Positions 33,525-44,029 of a stretch of 64,000 nucleotides of DNA are shown here, one piece after another. The stretch is from the IMG/VR virus record IMGVR_UViG_3300025319_000005, positions 1 to 64,000 of that record, one strand, 5' to 3'. The translations under genes were made by a program, and so were the position numbers. Every line of letters begins with the position of its first letter. The first letter of the stretch is position 1. The notes beneath the pieces were generated by a model that worked only from the letters and a program-made list of their open reading frames with translations, was not told where the DNA came from and ran no database searches.

Positions 33525-33671
33525 TTAACTTTGCATTTTTTCTACCAGAACTTTACGAGTATTCTCTTCTAAAAATTCTTCTCTTAGTTTATTCTTTTTC
33601 CATTTGTATATCTCCGACCTCTTTTGAGCTGCATATTTCTGTTTATCAGGATTATAATTTCTTTGTTTCAT
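33525..33671 (-). CDS. 48-aa tagged microprotein (below track cutoff)
   Basis: MKQRNYNPDKQK...EFLEENTRKVLVEKMQS*. Confidence 0.75.
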   Translation of the reverse strand: MKQRNYNPDKQKYAAQKRSEIYKWKKNKLREEFLEENTRKVLVEKMQS

Positions 33672-33682
33672 TTATTTTCTTT

Positions 33683-33844
33683 TTAAAAATAAATTGAAAT
33701 CAATTTCCATTTTTCTATTAGGACTTTACGTGTGTTCTCTTCTATAAATTTTCTCTGAGCATGCCTTTCTTTAGCAATTTTTCTATAATATTCAATATAT
33801 TCATCAAAAGAAATATCAGAAGCGGTTTTAATTCCAGTTTTCAT
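33683..33844 (-). CDS. 53-aa tagged microprotein (below track cutoff)
   Basis: MKTGIKTASDISF...KFIEENTRKVLIEKWKLISIYF*. Confidence 0.75.
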   Translation of the reverse strand: MKTGIKTASDISFDEYIEYYRKIAKERHAQRKFIEENTRKVLIEKWKLISIYF

Positions 33845-34705
33845 ATAAATTTAATGTAATTTTTTTTTAATTTAAATTTTTCTATTAAAACCGTTCTCGT
33901 ATTCTCTTCTATGAATTTTTTCTGCTTTTCCTCTGCTTCTTTTTCAAATCTACACTTTTTTAACCATAAATAAGCTTCATCAGCTCTGGTTCTTCGTATC
34001 TGAGCATCGCTTTTTTCATTAGTGAACATGGTTGTAAAATATGCTATTTTTGGCTCTTCCATTTTTCTATAAGGACTTTACGTGTATTTTGAATTTTGTA
34101 CCAGGCTTTCTCATTTGGATAAATTGGAACCCATTCTAATATTTCTCCTTTAAATCTCAAATTCAATTCTCTTTCAGCTACACCCATAAGAAATAAAAAC
34201 TTATTTGTCAATTCTAATAATACAGGTTCATCAATTTCATCATCCCAACGAATAAACTCATAGTGCTTCTTACTAGTTTCAAATATGTACCGGTGATACC
34301 AATAAATATTTGACCAATGTTGTTGTGTTACCTGAGAAAATGGAATTTTAACCCCATCTTTAGTTGTCCAAACTTCCTCAAATACTCCAGCCTCAGTTTC
34401 TTCTAAAAACGGCTTATATTCGAATATCGTCTTTAAATTGTTTTCAACTTTTTCCATGACTTAATTCATTGTTATATCACTATACGAGAAATAATTGATA
34501 CGTGTTACAACTTTATTGGTATTCGACACAATTTTAGCAATTTTTGACTCAAATATGTTTTTTCTATTAAAACCCTCCTAATGTATATTATATCTGGCAC
34601 AGTCATCATTGCCCGACCGTACTTAATAATATCAAATGCCTCTTCTTCGCTTATTCTAAAACGAGCCAGCATCTCTTTTATCTCAAAATCATATAGATAC
34701 CTCAT
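33841..34705 (-). CDS. Three small proteins with C-terminal tag (33841-34062, 34044-34457, 34505-34705)
   Basis: EENTRTVLIEK, IQNTRKVLIEK, YIRRVLIEK. Confidence 0.75.
34473..34509 (-). promoter_or_regulatory. ECF-type phage promoter copy 14 (variant)
   Basis: TGTAAC-N17-CGTATAGTGATATA; the TAA of TGTAAC is the stop of ORF 34505-34705. Confidence 0.7.
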
Positions 34706-35210
34706 TTTTCTTTGAAAGTTCTTTAAATGATGTTGTAGCTAAATTTAAGCTAGAAGGATGATATTCACCTAAACTTTTAAATTCTATTATTTCTTTAGCA
34801 AGTATAAATGAACCTCTTACCGGCATACAATCATTTTTTATTTCATTTTCCAATATCATCCAATCTTTAGAATTCTTAATAGAACCCATTGAATATGGTG
34901 AATAACCATTAAGTTTTATACTGTTCTTTAGTAAACCTTTTATAAGTATTTGTGTTTTAGCATAGCTAAACCCAAATTTCATTTTAAAAACTGACCATAT
35001 GATGTCATATCTGACATAAAAAAACTTATATTTAATTTGTTGATGAAATAAAATCATATCTTCTTTTACATAAAAATAAAGCTCCGGATATTCTTTACTC
35101 GTTTTAATTTCACATCCTTCGATAAAAGACAGAAAAAACTCTTTTGCACCTTCTGTAGAAGAATATTTCTCGGTTAGGACTTTTCTCGTTATGACTAATT
35201 CTATTTTCAT
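34689..35210 (-). CDS. Family A paralog with a fossil 22-aa-period tail
   Basis: LKNSIKLNGYSP...ILENEIKNDCMP-10aa-IIEFKSLGEYHP-10aa. Confidence 0.75.
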   Translation of the reverse strand: MKIELVITRKVLTEKYSSTEGAKEFFLSFIEGCEIKTSKEYPELYFYVKEDMILFHQQIKYKFFYVRYDIIWSVFKMKFGFSYAKTQILIKGLLKNSIKLNGYSPYSMGSIKNSKDWMILENEIKNDCMPVRGSFILAKEIIEFKSLGEYHPSSLNLATTSFKELSKKNEVSI

Positions 35211-35767
35211 TTATCAAATAAGTTTATAGTGCTCCATAAATCACCAAGTATTACTGGTGTATAACCCTCCAATTTCACATGTGTTTCCAACAAAGATTTA
35301 GGACTAGGAAATACTTCTTTAGGTGTATAACCCTCCAATTTCACATGTGTTTCCAACCAAGCCCAGGATTGTATTGCACCACCAACAGGTGTATAACCCT
35401 CCAATTTCACATGTGTTTCCAACTTTTTTTGCAGAATATTAATTCTCCCAACAGGTGTATAACCCTCCAATTTCACATGTGTTTCCAACCTATCCTTTAT
35501 AAAAGATTGAATATCACTATAGTTAAGTTTATATTTGTTCTCAAAAACTGACCAAATTAAGTCAAATCTCATATAAAAATACTTAATTTTTGTTTCCTGT
35601 TCAAACAAAATCAAGTCATTTTTTACATAAAAAATAAAATTCGGGTATTTTTTACTTAATCTTATTTCACATCCATCAATAAAAGAAAGAAAAAAATCTT
35701 CCATTTCGTGTTCAATGTTAAATTTCTCAAAAATAACTTTTCTGGTTGGAATTAATTCTATATTCAT
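35207..35767 (-). CDS. Family A paralog fully translating array C
   Basis: Four exact LETHVKLEGYTP modules separated by unrelated 10-aa peptides. Confidence 0.9.
   Translation of the reverse strand: MNIELIPTRKVIFEKFNIEHEMEDFFLSFIDGCEIRLSKKYPNFIFYVKNDLILFEQETKIKYFYMRFDLIWSVFENKYKLNYSDIQSFIKDRLETHVKLEGYTPVGRINILQKKLETHVKLEGYTPVGGAIQSWAWLETHVKLEGYTPKEVFPSPKSLLETHVKLEGYTPVILGDLWSTINLFDK
35256..35489 (-). CRISPR. CRISPR-like array C: 4 identical 36-nt repeats, three 30-nt spacers, entirely inside the ORF
   Basis: GTTGGAAACACATGTGAAATTGGAGGGTTATACACC at 35454, 35388, 35322, 35256. Confidence 0.7.
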
Positions 35768-36015
35768 TTTTATAATACTTAAACGAAAAATCCTGTTATT
35801 TGTTCATATTTTGTCTCCTGTTTTCTGTCCAGATTCGTCATTTATTTTATTAAAAACAAGCAACTGGCCATTTATATTAAACCCAAATTCAGAAAAATGA
35901 CAATCATTGCATTGATAAATCTCATGTATTGTTCCTTGGTTTATACATAAACCATTATCTTTCGGTGTAATTTCATAATCACATTGAAAACATATTTTAT
36001 GCCCGGTTTTGTCTT

Positions 36016-38716
36016 TCAATGTTTTATTTTTACCAAATTTAATATTCTCCTATTATTATTTAATGTTCTCCTATTATTCCATGTTCTACATACAAATTCT
36101 CTAAACTCAATATAATTATCCAATTCCTCATAAGAAATATAAAATTCTGATACATCATAAAATATGATTTTTCTCATAGGAATAAATGTTGTCGGGTGAT
36201 AAAGATTTTCACCTATAACATAATTCGTGTTGTTTCCCATCATTGGAGATAGAACTTTACTGGCTATGTAATTAATGCCGTTTATATTTTCTGTTCCCCA
36301 AATACAAGACTTTTGATTTATAACAAACATCTCTTTATAAGCCTTTTTCCATAACTCATAAGAAATAAGCATCAAAAGACCATGCTCTGAAAAATTAGAA
36401 AAGGATAAATACTTTTCAGTTAAAACCCGGCGTGTTAATTTCATTAAAGTATTCGTAAATAATTAACTAATCCAAGTGTATGCAAATAATCAATTACAAG
36501 TGTTCTTAAATTAACACCATTCTTTAAAAAAGAAGAAATATCTTCAGTGTAACAATAAGTTGTAATGTGATAAAATGGATTCAGCTCACCCATATTTTTA
36601 TTTTTTAAAGTTAAAGTTATTATCCTGTTTTCCATGCTATCACCAATTCTATTTAATTCGCTTATGTGATATAAATCAATTTTTTGTCCAGTAACAGGAC
36701 AAATAATTTTTGAAACAATGAATACAATCCGTTCTAAATTATTTTTATTCTCAATTCTTTTAAACGTAATATCCCATAATTTATCCGGAACATCTTCTAT
36801 GTTCGTATATCTCCAAAATGGCGAGGATTTCTCTATCAGGACTTTACGAGTTAAAGTATTGCTCATCTTGTATTTTCCATTAAGATGTTTTGTGCTTGTT
36901 CCTCCAGAATATGTCAATAATATCTCTTAAAAATTCACCAGTTGAAAAATCAGATACCATTGTGTTTAACGTTGAAAATGGCATGTTAAAATAATAGTGG
37001 TTGAAAATTATCTTTCTTTTGCTATCAGAAAGTGATAAATATAACATTTCTACTTCTGAAATTGTAAAATCCTTTTCATGCATTAGTGGCGATAAAATTT
37101 CATAAGCCAGGTATTCTATTATTTTATCCGCTCTTTGAGATTCTACTACAGTATCCGATATTTTAAGCATAGAATCTCTAACCTTATTCCAGATATGCTC
37201 CGGAACCTCAAGTGGGAAATTGTATTTCCAAAAAGGTGAGGATTTTTCTGTCAAAACTCGACGTGTTAAACTTTGATGTTCCATTTAAATCATTAAATTA
37301 CAATTGTTTAGCTCAACATTACATTACTACATTCTATACATAATCCCATGTCAGGATTATTAGGATAGTCTTTTTCATATCCTATTTTCGTAAACGTCTT
37401 TTCTCCACAACAATCACAAGAAGTTAAACATTCACTCACAAACATACTACCTGAAATCCTAATATGATAACCTTTCTTTTTTAATGTACCTATAGAGCTG
37501 CCTTTTTCTATTAAAACATGACGTGTTAATGTGTTGTTCATGTTATTTCTCTCCTTAAAAATTTTGAACTACATTTCATTGAATATTCCCACAGTATCTC
37601 AATAGTTTCTTTTAACATAAAAGAACTCTGATAGTGACGCTTATTACATAACAAATTCATAGACACTTCAAAATAACAATCGTTGTCGAAAATTATATCC
37701 CTATAAGAATAAGCGAAATTGTTATTTACGAATTTTATAGGTGAAATAGTAAAATCCTCTTTTATGAGCGGTGATAGAATTTGACCGGCAATGTAGTGTA
37801 TTAATTTATCAGCTATTTTTGTTTCACCCGTATCATTAAACATGTCTTGAATTATATTAAAATGCTTCAGCCACAATTTCTCTGGAACCAAACTTGGATT
37901 CGGATATCTCCAAAAATGTGAGGATTTCTCTATCAGGACTTTACGAGTTAAAGTGTTCATGTTATTTTCCATTTAAAATATATTCTATATTATACTTTAA
38001 TCCAATGTAACTATATATATCTGATAAGTCTACTAATGTTTCACGCTCAACTTTTAACGACTTTATTTTTCTATTGATTCCAGCAAACTCTATTAAATGA
38101 TGTGCCGGACGAATCATAGTTGTGGGTCGTATATTTGGATGTTTTGTTGTTGTTATTGCATAAGGAACATAAGTTATATTGTAATTTCTCATTTTTAGCA
38201 TAGGAGATATGATTTTTTCTATAACGAATTCCAATACTATGATACCATTATTTAAATTTCCTTTACTGGCTAAAATTTCAAAATTAAGTTCTTCTGCGAC
38301 TTTTATCCACATAATCCAAGGCACGTCATCCACATTTGAATAACGCTCGAAAAGTGAGGATTTCTCTGTAAGGACTTTCCTGGTTAAAATATTATTCATC
38401 ATAAAGATAAAAATTTATCAAATCCCATACTACATCTTTCACATAATCCAATATCGGTAATTCCAAAAAAAAATGACTCATAACCAATTTTTACTTGTGT
38501 TCTTCTTTTGCAGAAATCACAAAATTCCAACTCAGCTCTTGAAAAAATTTTTGTACCAAAAGGATGTATTTTTTGAAAATAACCTCTATTCTTTAATTCA
38601 CCTACAAAAGAATAAGATTTTTCAATTAAGACTTGACGTGTTAAGGTGTTGCTCATTTTTATGTTTCTATGCGTGTTTTTTAAATGCAAAGGTAGAAAAA
38701 TTATTGCACAAAACAT
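36016..38716 (-). CDS. Cluster of seven tagged proteins: five SSPFWRY-type paralogs (36016, 36444, 36880, 37538, 37962) and two Zn-finger paralogs (37308, 38399)
   Basis: LTR(K/R/H/Q)VL(I/T)EK near each N-terminus; VP..LW...ILSP in the first group; CD.C...KIGYE...GLC..CS in the second. Confidence 0.8.
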
Positions 38717-39538
38717 CGAAAATAACCCAGCAAATTTATATGAAATATATCCGGTTTTTTGGGAGCGCTGGAGTAACAGGAGAGTGGTAGGATTTTATAT
38801 TAAATAAAAATTAAACCCAAGTTGATGTTGTGGAAAATGTTATATAGTTAAAATGATATAAAACTACATTTATTAATGAAAACATATATATTTAGCAAAT
38901 TCATCGCCATAAAATCCGGTATCCATACACTTTTTACACTCTATATGGGAAGTACTATTGCTAATGTTTTTTAGATTATGTTTCTCATTAAAATATTCTA
39001 AACTTTCTAAACTTTTCTGTAAAAATTCTTTTATCGGAACAATATTTTCTCTCATTTCTTCTAGTTCTTCCTGTAAAATTATTTTCACTTTTTCGGTATC
39101 ACTGTTTTGGCAATTAACGTAATGCCTTCCATAGCAATTTGAATCGCTAAAACAAGTATTATTTTCTCCTATTTCTAATGGTAAAATTTCATGAATAATT
39201 GTCATTAGGTGATTTAGCAACTCTGTTTTAGTGTCGCAAATTATTTCAATTTCTGTTTTCATAATTTTTTAGTTTTTATAATTGTTTTTTAGTTAGCAAA
39301 CGCTAAATTTATTTCACCAGTTAAGTAACACCACGTATCATCAATTATTTCTATTGAATAAGTGTATAAAAACTTCTTACACATCATTTCTATTTGCTCC
39401 TTATTGTTAATATGGAACAAATATTTATCAAACTTCTTGTTTGATTTCATTTGTTCCCAAATTTGACCACATTCAAATCCGTGTGTGAACGAATTAGATT
39501 GGTCATTAAATGACATTACAAGATTAAAGTCTTCCATA

Positions 39539-40099
39539 TTAGTGAAATCTTTTTTTGTTTGTTCTTATTGTTTTATTTTTTTCGTTAATTATTTCATTAT
39601 ACATAGGCAAATCCACCACTTTGCAATACATGAAATATGATTGTTCATTCTCGTTTTTAAAATCAAATGAATGTTTGAAATTTAACGCTTCAAAAAACTT
39701 TGGTCTTCTTGATGATGTGACAACTACTGAATCAGAATTACTTTTTTCAATAATTTCTTTCAATCGTAAATACGTTAGATACTTTCCAATACCTTTTCTT
39801 TGATAATCATGGTGAACTGTGCCAAATGATAATTCTAATACATTAGAAGATGTATGCGACCATAGCCAGCTCCCGCATCCAATTATTTTACCGTCAAGTA
39901 ATGCAATGTAATATGTTGGTCGATAATTAATATTCGTGAACGAACAGATTAATTCTTCTTCAATATCTGCTTTCGAATAAGTAAGCCAAATACCTTCTCT
40001 TTGGTATGTATTCCATATTAAATCAGTTAACTCATTTATTTTTCTTATTGTAAGTTTTTCAAAATTAACATCTCCTACATTTTTAAAATTCTTTGTCAT
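39539..40099 (-). CDS. GNAT-family acetyltransferase
   Basis: IIGCG, VHHDYQRKGIGKYL (motif A), FFEALNF. Confidence 0.85.
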   Translation of the reverse strand: MTKNFKNVGDVNFEKLTIRKINELTDLIWNTYQREGIWLTYSKADIEEELICSFTNINYRPTYYIALLDGKIIGCGSWLWSHTSSNVLELSFGTVHHDYQRKGIGKYLTYLRLKEIIEKSNSDSVVVTSSRRPKFFEALNFKHSFDFKNENEQSYFMYCKVVDLPMYNEIINEKNKTIRTNKKRFH

Positions 40100-40741
40100 A
40101 ATAAAAACTTTTATTTATTCCTTGATTCGCCTTTTCCATCGTATTTACCATTAGACGAATTGAGAGCCCAGCCAACTCGTTCAATTTCATTAAATTCCCA
40201 AGGCCTATTTATCTTACCATCTTCTGATATTGTCAAGTATTCTCCATTACGTCTCATCGGTGCTTCTATTAACCAAGGAGTAGGTTCCGGCTCACAAACA
40301 AAAAAATCATTTTCATCCATACCTATAGGATTAGTTCCAGACATTGTTATTGCTCCTTCTGGTATTGGTCTTAGGTTTTCTGGTTTTTCCCATTTAATTC
40401 GTGTATCTTTAAATAATTCATTAACGACACTAATATCTTTATTTGACCAAGGCGTTAATTCTTTTTGATGTTCATATCTTTTTGATAACCAGTATTCATC
40501 ATTATTTGTTTCTAATACATATTTTTGATGGAGAATTTTTTTACATGCCGTGCTGTATTCATCTATAGTGTTTTGAGTATCTTGCTGTGCTGATTTATAT
40601 TGTTCTTCGCCAACATAACGACCGTGTCGTGTTTCATGAACATTTTTTTGAATATCTAAGTATGCTAATAGTGTTTTGAATGAATTTTCGGAAATAATTA
40701 TATTACCAGTACCGTCTTTTATTGCTTCTATTTTTTTCATT

Positions 40742-41707
40742 TTATATTTTATTTAAATTTATGTTTTTCATTATTACAAAGTCATTTTTATCTTCAAAAT
40801 CACCGCCATCTATATTGCCAAGACAATTTTTATCACAATATTCACCAACTGTTCCTATTATTTCAAATCCTTCTCGCTTATAAAAATTAAGAGGCCTACC
40901 ATCTTTATCTACATATGAATAAATTCGTTCACAACCAACACTTTTAGCAAATGCATATAAATGTTCCATCACCTGCGTTCCTAATTTAAGGTTTCTTAAT
41001 TCAGGCACAATTCCCAACCATCCAAGCCATAACTCCTTAGTATCGGTTGCTCCATTAAGTGTATATAAACCACAGACACCAACTTGTTTGTTTCCAAGTT
41101 TGATTAACCATACTTCCCATAGTCTATCGCTTTGTGCGTTATCAGATGGGATAATTTCACACCAAACAAGCATAGTTTGATAAAATATTGGGGTAAAATC
41201 TTCTGCAAGAGGCTTTAACACCTGAGAGTAATCGTAAATATTTCTTGTTTTAAAAAAAGATAGTTTATTATTCAGAACTTTTTGCATTATTGAATAGTTT
41301 TCGCCATTGTGCGTTAATTTTTTATTCAGAATCCACCCTCTTTTATTATGATAATCGTAAGCATCTATTGTATCTAAGTAAATTACTTTATAATTATGGT
41401 CAATAGCCCATTTATATCGTATTTTAGATAAAAGTTCACCATATCCGTTCCCCCGATATTGTGGCTCAACCCAAAGGAGTGTATTATAAGGGGATATATC
41501 TAATCCTTCTCCATCTCTTTCTGTATCAAATACACCAGTCGCCATTGGCATATTATTAATTAATCCGACATAACAAATAGAATCTTTGTCATTAATTAAC
41601 CATCTATCAAATTCAACATTAGCTTCTTCGTTCTGCACATTCCAACGCAGTTGAATTATAGAAGTAACATATGACCTATGAGATTCGTTTATTTCAATTA
41701 TTTTCAT
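40742..41707 (-). CDS. Tandem two-domain GNAT acetyltransferase
   Basis: VEPQYRGNGYG...YHNKRGW and IVPELRNLKLGT...FYKREGF. Confidence 0.85.
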   Translation of the reverse strand: MKIIEINESHRSYVTSIIQLRWNVQNEEANVEFDRWLINDKDSICYVGLINNMPMATGVFDTERDGEGLDISPYNTLLWVEPQYRGNGYGELLSKIRYKWAIDHNYKVIYLDTIDAYDYHNKRGWILNKKLTHNGENYSIMQKVLNNKLSFFKTRNIYDYSQVLKPLAEDFTPIFYQTMLVWCEIIPSDNAQSDRLWEVWLIKLGNKQVGVCGLYTLNGATDTKELWLGWLGIVPELRNLKLGTQVMEHLYAFAKSVGCERIYSYVDKDGRPLNFYKREGFEIIGTVGEYCDKNCLGNIDGGDFEDKNDFVIMKNINLNKI

Positions 41708-43113
41708 TTTTTATAAATTTTAAAATATAATCTGGTTTTGGTAAATCATTGTAATTTCTTATTCTGAGCTTCGTTCCTTCGTCATTATACCAACCATTAT
41801 CTGATACCATATTATTTTTTTCAAAAACACCACAATGTCCATAGTCAAACCGCTTAATACTTATTATTTGACCGTCTTCTGTTATTTTATGTGGTTGCCA
41901 ATACCCTTCAGTTGAGCTTTTACCTTTACCTGTCCAAATTAATATACAACCTATTTCTGGCTCTTTTAAATGTTCAAAATCTTTGCTTTCATATAAATCT
42001 TTTATTGTTGGAGTTGCATTGTCCCAATTGATTAAATGAGCCAGACCAATCCTTTTTAATGGATATGTTTTACAACTATCTCTATGAGTTATGGTTACTT
42101 CAAATAATTTCATTAATTATTAGTTTTTAATAGGTGTTATTATTCCATCTTTAATTTCAAACTTATGATTTTCTTCTTTTGAAACTTCAATATACACTGA
42201 TTCATAATTTAATATTTGTCCTTGTTCATTAACAGGTGTGAAATATTTTGCATCGTAACCTACTAAATTACCATGATTTAATTCTTCAAAATGCATTGCA
42301 TATTTGCAATCTTTGATTCTATATCCGACATGATAGAAACACTTTGCCAGCGTGTATATCGTACCATGCTGCGGAACATCAGCTTTATTACATAATAAGT
42401 TAACATCAATCTTTCCTATGTTTGTATTACATATAAATTTGTTTATTTCTTTCATATTGTTTTATTTAATCATAGAAGTGATTTTGCTAGTTCTTTGAAA
42501 TAATTATATTTTTCACAATAGACATAAATATAACTTAAACAGCCAGAAATATAAAAAATCAAAAGTTCAATATTATACATTCTGTGTCAGTCATTTGTTA
42601 TTTTTGAATAGTTCTTATGTATTGTACTATCTCTTCTTCAAAAGAAGGTTGTATTGTTGTATATATATTCATTGATAGTCCGGTTGTGTTTAAAAAATCT
42701 ATAAAATTTAAAAAATCTTTATGTAATTCGGTTGGATTACTTTTTAAATTATAAAAATAAATTCCGTCGCCATTTTGAGAATCCTTATGAATAAATTCTA
42801 CTCCTTCAGAAACAATATCTGGTGCTATAATTTTTAACGTTTTTAAAATATCTGGGAAGTTATCATTAAATTTATCATTAAATTCATATAATTTTGTGTA
42901 ATAATCATTATTAATAATTTTAATAACAATATTTGCTCCACTAAGAATACGATTAACGTATGTCTTTAATGATTTTTCATTTTTAACAACACTGTTTTCT
43001 CTTGTTTTAAAAGAAAAATAATCAGAAAAATTATTATAGAATCTTCCATTTTTTAGATAAATTACATCTGTTTTCATTTTATTTCTATATTAGTTAATAC
43101 TTTTTTCTAAATT

Positions 43114-43911
43114 TTACATTTTTCCATCAATAAGATTTTTATCTTTTTCTGAATTCAGCTCTCTATATGTTTCAAATATTTGAAAATTCATCCAAGCCAT
43201 TATCTCTAGTAAATTACATATTCCATATTTTTGAATATGCTTTTTTAATTCAATAGAGTTGAAACCACCTTCAACATCACCTATTTTCTCTTGTCCTGTT
43301 TCAGTATCAATCACAATAGATATTTTATTTGTTTCTGTATTATATTTATATTGTAATAATTCTTTCATTTTATTTTCAATAAATTTAGATTTATTAATCG
43401 CCAGTTTATCAGCTAAAATATTAAATTTTTCAAAAATTTCTTCTGTTATTGTAAATGTAACTTTTTTCTTCCTAAGATTACATTCCATAAATGATAACTC
43501 AATAACACGATATGGTTCAGAAAGTGTTTTAACCCATAAAACACAAACAGAAACAATATACAAAAATGGAAAACTTTGTATTTTTTCTAAATCATATGGA
43601 CAAGTAATAGTCATAGTTCTAATAGGTGATAATTTATGACGAGTTGCATCATCAGCCTCTTCTTCGTAAATATCTAACTCACCCCTATCATTAACTGATC
43701 GATTTTCAGTAGACCCTAACCATATTGTTTGTTTTAAGTCAAATAATCTTTGAATATTATTTCTAATAGAATCTGACTCTTCTAAGTTGTAAGAAGTGTC
43801 TTTATGTATTTCTGTATAACATTCTCTGTCTTCAAGTATATTAAGTAATTTTTCAAAAGCTTGTTCTTTTTCATTTGAATCTTTATAAGGTTCGTGTTTT
43901 TCTGTTTTCAT
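43114..43911 (-). CDS. Hypothetical multi-domain protein with an internal ribbon-helix-helix-like segment
   Basis: KKKVTFTITEEIFEKFNILADKLAINKSKFIENKMKEL. Confidence 0.4.
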   Translation of the reverse strand: MKTEKHEPYKDSNEKEQAFEKLLNILEDRECYTEIHKDTSYNLEESDSIRNNIQRLFDLKQTIWLGSTENRSVNDRGELDIYEEEADDATRHKLSPIRTMTITCPYDLEKIQSFPFLYIVSVCVLWVKTLSEPYRVIELSFMECNLRKKKVTFTITEEIFEKFNILADKLAINKSKFIENKMKELLQYKYNTETNKISIVIDTETGQEKIGDVEGGFNSIELKKHIQKYGICNLLEIMAWMNFQIFETYRELNSEKDKNLIDGKM

Positions 43912-44029
43912 TTTTTTTTCTAAGTAATATAATTATTTATTTGCAAGTATATATATTATTTATATTATTGTCAAGTAAATTTATAATTATTTTTAATAAT
44001 ATTAGTAAATTCCAAAATCCAGTTGAAAG

